From NCBI GenBank assembly GCA_964555565.1, contig CAZKTF010000004.1, forward strand, positions 1 through 44,828: a stretch of 44,828 bases of DNA, given 5' to 3'. The position numbers were made by a program, and so were the translations under genes. A model generated the notes under the pieces. It was not told the origin of the DNA and ran no database searches. It was given only the letters and a program-made list of their open reading frames with translations. The stretch is from an uncultured Planctomycetota bacterium (lineage in GTDB: Bacteria > Planctomycetota > JAJSAM01 > JAKLKS01). This document shows, piece by piece, positions 9,043-18,668 of the stretch. The stretch's first letter is position 1; every line of letters starts with the position of its first letter.

Positions 9043-10455
9043 ATGAGGCGTTCACGGAGGGGGATGGTCGCGCTCCTGGTCGTGGCGGCGGCGTCGGCGG
9101 CCGCGGCGCTGCCGGAGGGGACCCGCGTCGGCGACCGGCCCGGCAGCGTGGTCCTCGTCATCGGGGACGGGACCGGCTGGCAGCAGTGGGGACTCTTCCT
9201 CTCCGCGCGCCGCGCCGCCGGGCGGACGGAGCCCTCGAACTTCGAGCGCCTGGCCGCCGCGGGGCGCGTGGGCACGATGACCACCTGGGCGGCCGACTCG
9301 CTCGTCACCGACTCCGCCGCCGGGGCCACCGCCCTGGCCTCCGCCCGGAGGACTGCCAACGGGATGGTGGGAGTCGGGCCCGGGGGGGAGAGCCTCCCGA
9401 CCTGCCTGGAGAAGGGGTCCGCGCGCGGCCTCTGGTCCGGGCTCGTCACCACGACCTGCGTGGCCGACGCGACGCCGGCCGCCTTCGCCGCGCACGTCAA
9501 GAGCCGCCGCCAGATGGACGAGGCCGCCGCGCAGTTGCTCCGGGGCCACGACCTCCGGGTGCTCCTCGGCGGAGGGACCCCGTACTTCGTCCCGAAGGGG
9601 AAACCGATGTCCGCCGCGGGGCCTCCCGGGGCCGGGATCCCCGACGCCCCCTCGACTCGCCGCGACGACGAGGACCTCGTCGCAGAGGCGCGGGCGAAGG
9701 GCTTCGCCGTGGCGACCACGCGCGAGGCGCTGCTGGCGGGCCCTGCGCCGGAGCGGCTGCTGGGGCTCTTCGCGCCCTTCGACTTCCCCTACGCCATCGA
9801 CCGGGACGGGAAGGAGGAGGCCGTGGCCCCGACGCTGGCCGAGATGACCGGTCGCGCGCTGGAGGTCCTCCGGCGCGCCCCGAAGGGGTACTTCCTCATG
9901 GTCGAGGCGGGGCTCGTGGACCACGCCTGCCACGAGAACGACGCCGGGGCCGTGCTCGGCGAGATGGAGGAGCTGGACGCGGCGCTCGGCGTGCTCCTCC
10001 GCGAGCGGGAGCGGCGGCCGGACCTCCTCGTCGTCCTCACCGCGGACCACGAGACGGGCGGGCTCTCCGTCGGGATGCCGGGCCGCGCCCTCACCCCCGG
10101 GACGCTGGCGCGCCTGGCGACCCAGCGGAGGAGCCTCCGGGCGCTGGCGGCCGGGCGCAGACCGGGCGAGGTCCCGTCCGAGGACGAGGCCCGGGCGGCC
10201 GTCCCGTGGCTCCCCGCGAAGGCGGCCGCGACGACCGTCCCGGCCGTGGACGGCCGGGGGGCGTTCCTCGGCCGGAGCCGCCTCCCCTACGGCGACGCCG
10301 CCTCGGGCGGGGCGGGGGTCGTGTTCGCGACGGACGGGCACACGGCCACCCCCGTGCCCCTGGTGGCGCAGGGGCCCGGCGCGGCGCGGTTCGCGGGGGT
10401 CCTCGACAACGTGGCCGTGGGGGAGGTGCTCATGGACCTCCTGGGGAGCGAGTAG
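9043..10455 (+). CDS. phoA: alkaline phosphatase (PhoA family), secreted
   Basis: Signal peptide, metal site [10 protein letters not shown], active-site serine motif [12 protein letters not shown], and TADHETGG. Confidence 0.8.
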   Translation: MRRSRRGMVALLVVAAASAAAALPEGTRVGDRPGSVVLVIGDGTGWQQWGLFLSARRAAGRTEPSNFERLAAAGRVGTMTTWAADSLVTDSAAGATALASARRTANGMVGVGPGGESLPTCLEKGSARGLWSGLVTTTCVADATPAAFAAHVKSRRQMDEAAAQLLRGHDLRVLLGGGTPYFVPKGKPMSAAGPPGAGIPDAPSTRRDDEDLVAEARAKGFAVATTREALLAGPAPERLLGLFAPFDFPYAIDRDGKEEAVAPTLAEMTGRALEVLRRAPKGYFLMVEAGLVDHACHENDAGAVLGEMEELDAALGVLLRERERRPDLLVVLTADHETGGLSVGMPGRALTPGTLARLATQRRSLRALAAGRRPGEVPSEDEARAAVPWLPAKAAATTVPAVDGRGAFLGRSRLPYGDAASGGAGVVFATDGHTATPVPLVAQGPGAARFAGVLDNVAVGEVLMDLLGSE

Positions 10456-10475
10456 ACTCGACGGGGGAGGCGGTC

Positions 10476-11501
10476 ATGCACGAGCCCAGCGACTTCCGCT
10501 CCGACACCGTGACGCGCCCCACGCCGGCCATGCGGAAGGCCATGGCGGAGGCCGTCGTGGGGGACGACGTCCTCGGGGACGACCCCACCGTGAACCGCCT
10601 GGAGGAGACCTTCGCGCGCCTCGTGGGGAAGGAGGCGGCCGTCTTCGTCCCCTCGGGCTCCATGGCCAACCTGATCGCGATCGCCGTCCACGCGCGGCCC
10701 GGGGAGTGCGTCCTCATGGAGGAGTGGGGCCACTCCGCGAACTTCGAGGCCGGGGGGGCATCGCGGTTCGCGGGCGTGATGGTCCGGACGCTCCCCTCGG
10801 ACCGGGGGCTCCTCGACCCGGAGGGCGTGCGCCGCTGGATCCACCCTGGGAGCGTGCACAGTCCGCGCACGGCGCTCCTCGTCGTGGAGAACACGCACAA
10901 CTTCCACGGGGGGAGGGTCGTGCCGCTCGACCGGATGCGGGCCCTGCGCGAGGTCACCGCGGAGCGCGGGGCGCGGCTCCACGTGGACGGGGCGCGCATC
11001 TGGAACGCCTCCGTCGCCGCGGGCGTCCCCGTGCAGGAGTTCGCCGCCTGCGCCGACAGCCTCAGCGCCTGCCTCTCGAAGGGGCTCGCCGCCCCCGTGG
11101 GGTCCCTGGTGGCCGGGACGCGGGAGTTCACGGCCGAGGCGCGGAAGGTCCGCAAGACCCTCGGCGGGGGGATGCGGCAGGCGGGGGTGCTGGCCGCCGC
11201 GGGTCTCGTCGCGCTGGCCGAGATGCGGGAGCGGCTCGCCGAGGACCACCGTCGCGCCCGGCGCCTCGCCGAGGGCCTCGCGCGGCTCCCCAAGTTCGAG
11301 ATCGACCCCTCGCACGTTGAGACGAACATCCTCTTCGTCCGCTGGAAGGGGGAGGGGCCCGTCAAGGGCGTGGTGGACCGCTGGAAGGAGCGCGGCGTCC
11401 TCGCGCTGGCCCCGGACGCGGCGCGCGTCCGCCTCCTCACGCACAACGACGTGGACGACGAGGACGTGGACCGGCTGCTCCGGGAAGCGGCGCGGCTCTA
11501 G
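10476..11501 (+). CDS. ltaE: low-specificity L-threonine aldolase
   Basis: [41 protein letters not shown], and PLP-lysine region [22 protein letters not shown] Shine-Dalgarno upstream of ATG 10476. Confidence 0.8.
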   Translation: MHEPSDFRSDTVTRPTPAMRKAMAEAVVGDDVLGDDPTVNRLEETFARLVGKEAAVFVPSGSMANLIAIAVHARPGECVLMEEWGHSANFEAGGASRFAGVMVRTLPSDRGLLDPEGVRRWIHPGSVHSPRTALLVVENTHNFHGGRVVPLDRMRALREVTAERGARLHVDGARIWNASVAAGVPVQEFAACADSLSACLSKGLAAPVGSLVAGTREFTAEARKVRKTLGGGMRQAGVLAAAGLVALAEMRERLAEDHRRARRLAEGLARLPKFEIDPSHVETNILFVRWKGEGPVKGVVDRWKERGVLALAPDAARVRLLTHNDVDDEDVDRLLREAARL

Positions 11502-11503
11502 CG

Positions 11504-12856
11504 ATGGGCGGCGTCTTCCACGCCTACGACGTCCGCGGCGTCTGGGGGCGCGAGATCGACGAGGCCCTCGCCGAGCGGATCGGGCGGGCGGTCGCGGCCC
11601 ACCTCCGGCCGGGGCGCGTCTGCGTCGGGAACGACATGCGCGCCTCGGCGGGGCCCGCGAGGGACGCCCTCGTCCGCGGGCTCACGGCCATGGGCTGCGA
11701 CGTGGAGGAGGTCGGGCTCGCCTCCACGCCCATGCAGTACTTCGCCTGCGGGCACGGCGGCTTCGACGCCGGGGTGCAGGTGACCGCCTCCCACAACCCC
11801 GCCGAGTACATCGGCTTCAAGATCTCGGGGAAGGGCGTCCTGCCCGTGGGCGGGGACTCGGGGCTCCCGGAGATCGAGCGGCTCGCGACCGCGGCGGAGG
11901 CCCCCGCCCCGGCGAAGGGCACCCGGCCCGGCCGCGTCGTGCGGCGCGAGGTGGGCGAGGAGTACGGGAGGCACGTCCTCTCCTTCTGGCGGCCCGGGCC
12001 GCGGAAGCCCCGCGTCGTCGTGGACTGCGCCAACGGGATGGGGAGCCTCGAGGTGCGGCACGCCCTCTCCCGCCTCGGCCTGGAGATGGAGGTCCTCTAC
12101 CCGGACCTCGACGGGACCTTCCCGAACCACGAGGCGAACCCGCTGCGCCACGAGAACCTGCGCGACCTCCAGCGCGCGGTCGTGGCGGGGAAGGCGGACC
12201 TGGGGGTCGCCTTCGACGGGGACGCCGACCGGGCGGCCTTCGTGGACGAGAAGGGCGGGGTCGCGACGAGCGACCTCGTGACGGCGCTCCTGGCCGAGGA
12301 GATCCTCCCGCGGGAGCCCAGGGGCGCGGCGGTGGTCTACGACCTCCGCTCGAGCCGCGTCGTCGCGGAGACCGTCCGGGGGCTCGGCGGCAGGCCCGTG
12401 CGCGAGAAGGTGGGGCACGCCTTCATGAAGGCCCGCCTCCGGAAGGAGAACGGCCCCTTCGGCGGGGAGTACAGCGGGCACTTCTACTTCCGCGACAACT
12501 GGCACGCCGACTCCGGCGCCATCGCCGCGGTGGAGGTCCTCAACCGCCTCTCCCGCGACCCGAGGCCCTTCTCGGAGATCCTGGCGCCGCTGCGGCGCTA
12601 CTTCCACACCGGGGAAGTCAACTTCGAGGTCGCCGACAAGGAGGCCAAGATCCGCGAGATCACCGTGGCCTTCCAGGACGGGGGGATCGACCTCCTCGAC
12701 GGCGTCACGGTGAACTTCCCCGACTGGTGGTTCAACGTCCGGCAGAGCAACACCGAGCCGCTGCTGCGCCTCAACCTCGAGGGGACGACGAAGGACGCCT
12801 TCGAGCGCGGCAGGGCGCGGGTCATGCCGTTCCTCGGGAAGCCAGTGGACCGCTGA
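11504..12856 (+). CDS. phosphomannomutase/phosphoglucomutase
   Basis: Catalytic loop VTASHNPAEYIGFK, Mg site AFDGDADR, sugar-binding GGEYSGH. Confidence 0.85.
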   Translation: MGGVFHAYDVRGVWGREIDEALAERIGRAVAAHLRPGRVCVGNDMRASAGPARDALVRGLTAMGCDVEEVGLASTPMQYFACGHGGFDAGVQVTASHNPAEYIGFKISGKGVLPVGGDSGLPEIERLATAAEAPAPAKGTRPGRVVRREVGEEYGRHVLSFWRPGPRKPRVVVDCANGMGSLEVRHALSRLGLEMEVLYPDLDGTFPNHEANPLRHENLRDLQRAVVAGKADLGVAFDGDADRAAFVDEKGGVATSDLVTALLAEEILPREPRGAAVVYDLRSSRVVAETVRGLGGRPVREKVGHAFMKARLRKENGPFGGEYSGHFYFRDNWHADSGAIAAVEVLNRLSRDPRPFSEILAPLRRYFHTGEVNFEVADKEAKIREITVAFQDGGIDLLDGVTVNFPDWWFNVRQSNTEPLLRLNLEGTTKDAFERGRARVMPFLGKPVDR

Positions 12857-12859
12857 CGC

Positions 12860-13795
12860 CTATTCGATGACGTCGGGCGAGCGTGGACCCGCGTCCACGC
12901 GGGGCTCCTGGCCGCGGAGGACGGTGTTGCCGCCGTACTGCCGGGTCTGGTCCACGGGGGAGGCCTCGAGCCCTTCGACCTCCCGGAGCCGGCCTCCCTC
13001 GCCGTAGGCGGCCAGCGCGTTCCGGTAGGTGACGGCCTCCACCGCGTCGGGGGCGATCCCGCGCTCGAGCATGAGGCGGGCGGTCTTGGGGACCGCGAGC
13101 GGGTCGGAGACCCCCCAGTCGGCGCTGCTGTCCACGAGGATCCTCTCCTTCCCGTACTTCCGGACGACCTCGACCATCCGCTCGTTCCCCATCTTGGTCC
13201 GCGGGTAGATGGTGAAGGCGGCCCAGAAGCCGCGCCGGAGGACCTCCCCGGCGGTCTCCTCGTTGTTGTGGTCGATGACGACCTGGTCGGGGCGGAGCCC
13301 GTGCTCGAGGGCGAGGTCCATGCTGCGCGTGGTCCCGCGCTTCTTGTCCCGGTGGGGGGTGTGGACCATGACGGGGAGCGCGGCCTCCCGGGCGAGGTCG
13401 AGCTGCGCCCGGTAGACGCGCTCCTCGGCCCCGGTCTGGTCGTCGAAGCCGATCTCGCCCACGGCGACCACCCCCTCCTTGCAGAGGAACAGGGGCAGTA
13501 TCTCCATCACCTCCGCCGCCAGGCGCTCGTTGTTGGCCTCCTTGCTGTTCACCCCGATGGCGCAGTAGTGGCGCATCCCGAACTGCGACGCCCGGAACCG
13601 CTCCCAGCCGACGAGGTTCGCGAAGTAGTCCCGGAAGGTGCCGAGGCCCGTGCGGGGCTGCCCCTGCCAGAAGGCGGGCTCGATCACCGCGACGACCCCC
13701 GCCGCCGCCATGGCCTCGTAGTCGTTCGTCGTCCGCGAGGACATGTGGACGTGGGGGTCGAGGTACCGGGCCGGGCGAGGGGCGGCGGGGGTCAC
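12860..13795 (-). CDS. TatD-family metal-dependent hydrolase (EboB-like by context)
   Basis: HxH motif YLDPHVHM, VGEIGFD, MVHTPH, VIDHNN, LVDSSADWG. In-frame GTG 13795 overlaps the stop of the upstream gene (GTGA). The rest of ORF 12860-14464 is artefact. Confidence 0.75.
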   Translation of the reverse strand: MTPAAPRPARYLDPHVHMSSRTTNDYEAMAAAGVVAVIEPAFWQGQPRTGLGTFRDYFANLVGWERFRASQFGMRHYCAIGVNSKEANNERLAAEVMEILPLFLCKEGVVAVGEIGFDDQTGAEERVYRAQLDLAREAALPVMVHTPHRDKKRGTTRSMDLALEHGLRPDQVVIDHNNEETAGEVLRRGFWAAFTIYPRTKMGNERMVEVVRKYGKERILVDSSADWGVSDPLAVPKTARLMLERGIAPDAVEAVTYRNALAAYGEGGRLREVEGLEASPVDQTRQYGGNTVLRGQEPRVDAGPRSPDVIE

Positions 13796-14544
13796 CGGGC
13801 CCCCTTCCCCGCGGAGGCCTCGTGCCGCTCGAGGAGGCCGAGGAGCTCCGGGCTCACCGGGCGGTGCGCGGCCCGGCGCTCCGCCGCGTAGTCCCGGAGC
13901 ATCCGGGCGAGGGTGGGGTTCATCCGCGCGTCGAGGCCGACGACGGGCCCGAGCCCGACTTCGACGAACAGGGCCTTCAGCACCATCTGGTTCCAGGCCG
14001 CCTCGGGGAGGCGCTCGGCGGGGAACGGGTTCCGGTGGGCCACGGCGCGGAGCACGTCCGTCATGTTCGACCGGATCCCCTCGGCGCAGCGGGCCGGCAG
14101 CCGGTCCGGGCCCGGCAGCAGCGGGAGGGCCTGGTAGAGCGCCACGAGTTCGCCCAGGTCCCCGTGCTCGAAGAGCATCTCCCGCTCGCGGTGCGCGCCG
14201 TCCGCGTCCCGGGCGTCGCGGGAGAGCAGCAGCAGGGTGCGCGCCGCCTGCTCCTCCGTCCAGCCGGCGGGTGTCCAGCCCGGCCGGGCGTGCTCCGCGG
14301 CGGCCCGGTCCCCGTCGGCGAGTTGGAGGGGGCGCTTCCCCGCGTGCCGGCAGGCCGCCGAGAAGTCCATGTAGAAGCGGCGCGCGGGGCCGTCGCCCGC
14401 GGCGGCGGCCGAGGCCCCGTCGAGCCAGGCGAGGTCGGGAGGGGCCAGGCGGGCCCCGAGCCACCCGCGGAGCAGCCGCCGGGCCTCGGCCACGGTCTCG
14501 ACCTTCGGCTCGGACCCCTTCGCCGGCGCCATGGCCCCGATCAT
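13792..14544 (-). CDS. EboA-domain-like hypothetical protein
   Basis: ATG 14544 (MIGAM...) is preceded by GGAGGAGG. From memory, HGDLGELVALYQALPLLPG, IRSNMTDVLRAV, WNQMVLKALFVEVGL and RMLRDYAAERRAAHRPV resemble EboA-domain proteins. It is translationally coupled to a TatD hydrolase as in ebo clusters. Not verified by search. Confidence 0.45.
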   Translation of the reverse strand: MIGAMAPAKGSEPKVETVAEARRLLRGWLGARLAPPDLAWLDGASAAAAGDGPARRFYMDFSAACRHAGKRPLQLADGDRAAAEHARPGWTPAGWTEEQAARTLLLLSRDARDADGAHREREMLFEHGDLGELVALYQALPLLPGPDRLPARCAEGIRSNMTDVLRAVAHRNPFPAERLPEAAWNQMVLKALFVEVGLGPVVGLDARMNPTLARMLRDYAAERRAAHRPVSPELLGLLERHEASAGKGAR

Positions 14545-14675
14545 GCCTCCTCCGGCGCCGCCGCCGGAGATCCGGGTGGGGACCGACCGGTCCCCCGTCC
14601 TCCCCGAACGGGCCGCCGGGGCGGGGGTTCGGGCCGGAGCGGCCCCTCGGGCAGCGCGCCCGCGAGCCCGCGCGG

Positions 14676-14681
14676 TAGACT
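14676..14681 (+). promoter_or_regulatory. -10-like box TAGACT, 8 nt upstream of ATG 14690
   Basis: cggTAGACTggggcgccATG. Confidence 0.4.
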
Positions 14682-14689
14682 GGGGCGCC

Positions 14690-14905
14690 ATGCCCGAGGG
14701 TCAGTCGAAGACGGACACCGAACGGATCATCGCGGAGTACAAGGCCGGCATCGACCGGACGCTCCTCCGGGAGAACCTCCGCCGGACCCCCGAGGAGCGG
14801 GTCCTGCTGCTGATCCAGCTCCAGGAGGTCGCCGCCGAGCTGCGCCGCGCGGGCGAGGCGCTGCGCCGGGGCGCGCCACCCCCGCGGTCCATCGCTCGCG
14901 CATGA
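14690..14905 (+). CDS. small helical protein (71 aa), putative partner/antitoxin of the downstream nucleotidyltransferase
   Basis: MPEGQSKTDTERIIAEYKAGIDRTLLRENLRRTPEERVLLLIQLQEVAAELRRAG has normal composition. Its stop overlaps the next start (ATGA). The 5' part of ORF 14531-14905 is artefact. Confidence 0.5.
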   Translation: MPEGQSKTDTERIIAEYKAGIDRTLLRENLRRTPEERVLLLIQLQEVAAELRRAGEALRRGAPPPRSIARA

Positions 14906-15393
14906 CCGACTTCCGGGCGCTGCTGGACACCCTGTCCCGGGGCGGGGCCCGTTACGTGCTCATCGGGGGCTTCGCCGCGAACGTGCACGGGAACCCGCGG
15001 CTCACGGTGGACCTGGACATCGTCTACGACCGGGCCCCCGACAACCTCCGCCGCCTCGCCGAGATCCTCGCGCCCCTCGAGCCGTACCTCCGCGGGGCGC
15101 CCGCCGGGCTGCCCTTCCGCCTCGACGAGCCGACCCTGCGCGCCGGGCTGAACTTCACCCTCACGACCACGCTCGGGGACCTGGACCTGCTCGGGGAGGT
15201 GGCCGGAGGGGGGACCTACGAGGCCCTGCGGCCTTCGGCCGTCGAGGTCACGCTGTTCGGGAACCGACACCTGTGCGTGGATCTCCCCACCCTCATCAGC
15301 CTCAAGCGGGCCGCAGGCCGCCGCAAGGACATCGAGGCCGTCGCGGAGCTCGAGGCGCTGGCCGAGGAGCGCGACCGGTCCTCGGAGGAGTGA
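14902..15393 (+). CDS. minimal nucleotidyltransferase-fold protein (Pol-beta superfamily, TA-module-like)
   Basis: G-G-x(n)-D-x-D signature in YVLIGGFAANVHGNPRLTVDLDIVYD. C-terminal LISLKRAAGRRKDIEAVAELEAL is typical of small stand-alone NTases found in two-gene cassettes. Confidence 0.6.
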   Translation: MTDFRALLDTLSRGGARYVLIGGFAANVHGNPRLTVDLDIVYDRAPDNLRRLAEILAPLEPYLRGAPAGLPFRLDEPTLRAGLNFTLTTTLGDLDLLGEVAGGGTYEALRPSAVEVTLFGNRHLCVDLPTLISLKRAAGRRKDIEAVAELEALAEERDRSSEE

Positions 15394-15436
15394 AGGCAGC
15401 CGGGGCCACCGCTGAAGTCCGAAGCGGCCCCTCGGG

Positions 15437-15442
15437 TATCCT
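15437..15442 (+). promoter_or_regulatory. -10-like box TATCCT, 7 nt upstream of ATG 15450
   Basis: cgggTATCCTccgcgccATG. Confidence 0.4.
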
Positions 15443-15449
15443 CCGCGCC

Positions 15450-16271
15450 ATGCCCCGCCGTCGCGCGCCCGTCCTCGCGTTCCTCACCGACTTCGGCGAT
15501 CGGGACGCCTACGTCGCGTCCATGAAGGGGGTGGCGCTGCGGCTCCTCCCGGAGGTGCGGCTCGTGGACGTGGCGCACGGGATCGATCGCGGGGACGTCC
15601 TCGGCGGGGCGCTCGTCCTGGAGGAGGCGCGCCGCTGGTTCCCGGCAGGGACCGTCTTCGTGGCGGTCGTGGACCCGGGGGTGGGGACGGCGCGGCGCGG
15701 GCTGGCGGCCGCGGCCCACGGGCAGACCTTCGTGGGGCCGGACAACGGGATCCTCTGGCCGGTCCTGCGGGGGGACCCGGGGGCCCGGATCCACTCCATC
15801 GAGAACCCGGACGTGATGCTGGAGCGAGTCTCGGACACCTTCCACGGGAGGGACGTCTTCACGCCGGCGGCCTGCGCGCTGGCGGCGGGTCTCCCCCTCG
15901 CGAAGGCGGGACCCGCGGTCGCGCGGCCGGCGCCGCTCCCGGGCTTCGTGGCGGAGCGGGGCCGGGCGAAGGTCCGGGGGCAGGTGCTCCGCGTGGACCG
16001 GTTCGGGAACCTCGTCACCTCGGTGACCGAGGAGGACCTCGACGCGGTCTTCCCGCGGGGACGCCGGGAAGCCCTCGCCGTGGACGTGGGCGTGCACCGG
16101 GTCCGGCGGAACGCGTGCACCTACGGGACCGCGCGGGCGGGGGAGCCGTTCTTCCTCCTCGGGAGCGGGGGGCGGCTGGAGGTGGCCGTCCGCGACGGCT
16201 CGGCCGCCGCGGAGCTCGCGGCCGAGAGGGGCGCGCGGGTCGTCGTGCGGGAGCGGGGAGCGGGGAAGTGA
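15450..16271 (+). CDS. SAM hydrolase / SAM hydroxide adenosyltransferase (DUF62; fluorinase-chlorinase superfamily)
   Basis: VLAFLTDFGDRDAYVASMKGV, VVDPGVGTARR, FVGPDNGIL, FHGRDVFTPAA, and DRFGNLVT in the C-terminal barrel. Confidence 0.8.
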   Translation: MPRRRAPVLAFLTDFGDRDAYVASMKGVALRLLPEVRLVDVAHGIDRGDVLGGALVLEEARRWFPAGTVFVAVVDPGVGTARRGLAAAAHGQTFVGPDNGILWPVLRGDPGARIHSIENPDVMLERVSDTFHGRDVFTPAACALAAGLPLAKAGPAVARPAPLPGFVAERGRAKVRGQVLRVDRFGNLVTSVTEEDLDAVFPRGRREALAVDVGVHRVRRNACTYGTARAGEPFFLLGSGGRLEVAVRDGSAAAELAAERGARVVVRERGAGK

Positions 16272-17572
16272 GGAAGTCCGTCTACTTGGACCCGTTCTCC
16301 GGGATCGCCGGGGACATGCTCGTGGGGGCGCTCCTCGACGCCGGGGCGTCCTTCGAGGCCGTGAAGGGGGCGATCGCCCGGCTACCGGTGGAGGGGATCG
16401 AGGTCCGCGCCCACCGGACGCAGCGCGGACCGCTCGCCTGCACGAAGTTCGACGTCCTCGTGCACGGGGAGAGGGAGGGGGAGCACCCCCACGAAGAGCA
16501 CGGGCACGGGCACGCCCACGAACCGCATGGCCACGGGAAGAAGCGGCGAGGTGGGGGTCGGGCGGGAGGGGGGACAGTCCCCGCCCACGCGCACCGGGGG
16601 CTCCGCGAGATCCGGGACATCCTCGGCCGGAGCGGACTGGCGGACGCCATCCGCGGGCCGGCTCTCCGGGTCTTCGAGAGGCTCGCGGCGGCGGAGGCCC
16701 GGGTCCACGGGAAGAAGATCGAGGAGGTGGTCCTCCACGAGGTCGGGGCGCTCGACGCGATGGCGGACATCGTGGGGGCCTGCGCGGCGCTCGACGCCCT
16801 CGCGGTCCGGGAGGTCTTCTGCGGGCCGGTCCGCGCGGGCTCGGGGATGATCCCCTGCGCCCACGGGGTGCTCCCCGTGCCCGCCCCGGGGACCATGGAG
16901 TGCCTCCTCGGCTTCGACGTCCGGTTCGAGGAGGGGCGCGGGGAGCTCGTGACCCCGACCGGGGCGGCGCTGCTCGCGGCGCTGGCGACGCCGCACCCGC
17001 CCGGGGAGTTCTACCCCGAGCGGGTGGGCTACGGGGCGGGGACGCGGGAGGGGGGCGAGGTCCCGAACTGCCTCCGGGCCGTGGTGGGGCGCACCCCCGA
17101 CCCCGCGCTCGAGCCCGCGGTCCACGAGGTCGCCGCCAACCTGGACGACCAGCCCCCGCAGGTGCTCGCGCGCGCCGTGGAGGCGCTCCTCGAGGCCGGG
17201 GCGCTCGACGCCTGGACCGAGCCCGCGGGGATGAAGAAGGGGCGGCCGGGGGCGGTGCTGCGGGCGCTGGCGGACGAGGCGCACCTCGACGCCGTCGAGG
17301 AGACCTTCTTCGCCGAGACCGGGACCCTCGGCGTGCGGCGCCACCGGGTGGAGCGGTCCAAGTGCGAGCGGGAGTGGGTCCCCGTGGAGACCCCCTTCGG
17401 GAAGGTCCGGGTCAAGGTGGGCCGCCGCGGGGAGCGGGTCGTGTCCGCCAACCCGGAGTACGAGGACTGCCGGGAAGCCGCCGCGAAGGCCGGGGTCCCC
17501 GTGCGCGAGGTGCAGGAGGCGGCACGCGCCGCCTTCCGCGGGAAGGGGCCCCCGAAGAAGCCCCGCCGCTGA
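16268..17572 (+). CDS. larC: nickel-pincer cofactor biosynthesis protein LarC (nickel insertion, DUF111)
   Basis: N-terminus VYLDPFSGIAGDMLVGALLDAG, His-rich tract HGEREGEHPHEEHGHGHAHEPHGHG, HEVGALDAMADIVG, and LVTPTGAALL. GTG 16268 overlaps the DUF62 stop (GTGA). Confidence 0.85.
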   Translation: MRKSVYLDPFSGIAGDMLVGALLDAGASFEAVKGAIARLPVEGIEVRAHRTQRGPLACTKFDVLVHGEREGEHPHEEHGHGHAHEPHGHGKKRRGGGRAGGGTVPAHAHRGLREIRDILGRSGLADAIRGPALRVFERLAAAEARVHGKKIEEVVLHEVGALDAMADIVGACAALDALAVREVFCGPVRAGSGMIPCAHGVLPVPAPGTMECLLGFDVRFEEGRGELVTPTGAALLAALATPHPPGEFYPERVGYGAGTREGGEVPNCLRAVVGRTPDPALEPAVHEVAANLDDQPPQVLARAVEALLEAGALDAWTEPAGMKKGRPGAVLRALADEAHLDAVEETFFAETGTLGVRRHRVERSKCEREWVPVETPFGKVRVKVGRRGERVVSANPEYEDCREAAAKAGVPVREVQEAARAAFRGKGPPKKPRR

Positions 17573-17573
17573 C

Positions 17574-18662
17574 TCACCGCGTCCGGTCGAGGAACTCCCC
17601 GAACCGGGCCAGGCCCTCGCGGAAGGGGTCGGTATCGATCCCGAAGGAGACCCGGAGGCACCCCGGGGCGTCGAACATCGTCCCGGGGACGACGGCCACG
17701 CCGGTCTCCTCGAGGAGCCGCTCCACCCAGGCCAGGTCGTCCTTCCCCCGGAGCGCCGGGACCTCCAGGAAGGCCGAGATCCCGGCGTCGGGAGGGCTCC
17801 AGAGGACGTCGCCCCGCCCGCGGACCCAGGCCGCGAGCACCCGGAGGTTGCGGGCGGCCACCTCCCGGGCGCGGGCGGCCCGCGCCTCGAGCCCGGCCCA
17901 GGCCGCCAGCGCCACCGAGGCGCTCGGGGCCGGGAGGTTCACCACGACGAACTCGTTCACCTCCCGCGCCCGCTCGCGGAGGTCAGGCGGCAGGATCGCC
18001 CAGCCCATCCGGAGGGCCCCGAGGCCGTAGACCTTCGTCAGGCTCGTCGTCGCGAGGAAGGGCCCGCCCGGGGTGAAGGCGGTCCCGAGGGGAGGGGGGA
18101 GGAAGTCCCGGTAGACCTCGTCCACGAGGACCTTCCCCCCGAACTCGGCGCAGGCCCCCTCGAGCGCGGCCAGCTCGTCGGGGAGGAGCCGCGCCCCGGT
18201 GGGGTTGTGGAGGTCTGTCACGGCCACGAGCCGGGCCCCGGCCCGGAGGCCGTCCCGGACCTCGTCCACGGGCAGCCGCCAGGCGTCCTCCCGCCGCCGC
18301 CGGAACCAGCGCACCTCGGCCCCCAGCAGCCGGAAGAGCCCCGGGATCGCCTCGTAGGTCGGGGACTCCACGAGGACCGCGTCCCCCGGCTCCAGCAGGG
18401 CCGCCGCCACGAGGAAGTTGGCGTGGTGGGTCCCGCAGGCGGGGAGGACGCACTCCCCGGGCACCCGGTAGCGCGCGGCCACGGCGGCGACGAGGTCCGG
18501 GTCGGGGCCGGTCCCGATGGGCCGCTGGAGCGCGACCGCCTCGCGGGGCACCCCGAGGTCCTCCAGGGTGGCCGCGGGCATCCCGCTCATGTGCAGGGGG
18601 AACCGGCCGCGGCCGTTGTGGGCCTTCGCCCAGGCCATGTAGCGGAAGGGCTCGAATCGCAT
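17574..18662 (-). CDS. class I/II PLP-dependent aminotransferase
   Basis: TDLHNPTG, LVDEVY, and PLP-lysine context TTSLTKVYGLGALRMGW. Confidence 0.75.
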   Translation of the reverse strand: MRFEPFRYMAWAKAHNGRGRFPLHMSGMPAATLEDLGVPREAVALQRPIGTGPDPDLVAAVAARYRVPGECVLPACGTHHANFLVAAALLEPGDAVLVESPTYEAIPGLFRLLGAEVRWFRRRREDAWRLPVDEVRDGLRAGARLVAVTDLHNPTGARLLPDELAALEGACAEFGGKVLVDEVYRDFLPPPLGTAFTPGGPFLATTSLTKVYGLGALRMGWAILPPDLRERAREVNEFVVVNLPAPSASVALAAWAGLEARAARAREVAARNLRVLAAWVRGRGDVLWSPPDAGISAFLEVPALRGKDDLAWVERLLEETGVAVVPGTMFDAPGCLRVSFGIDTDPFREGLARFGEFLDRTR

Positions 18663-18668
18663 CGCCGC

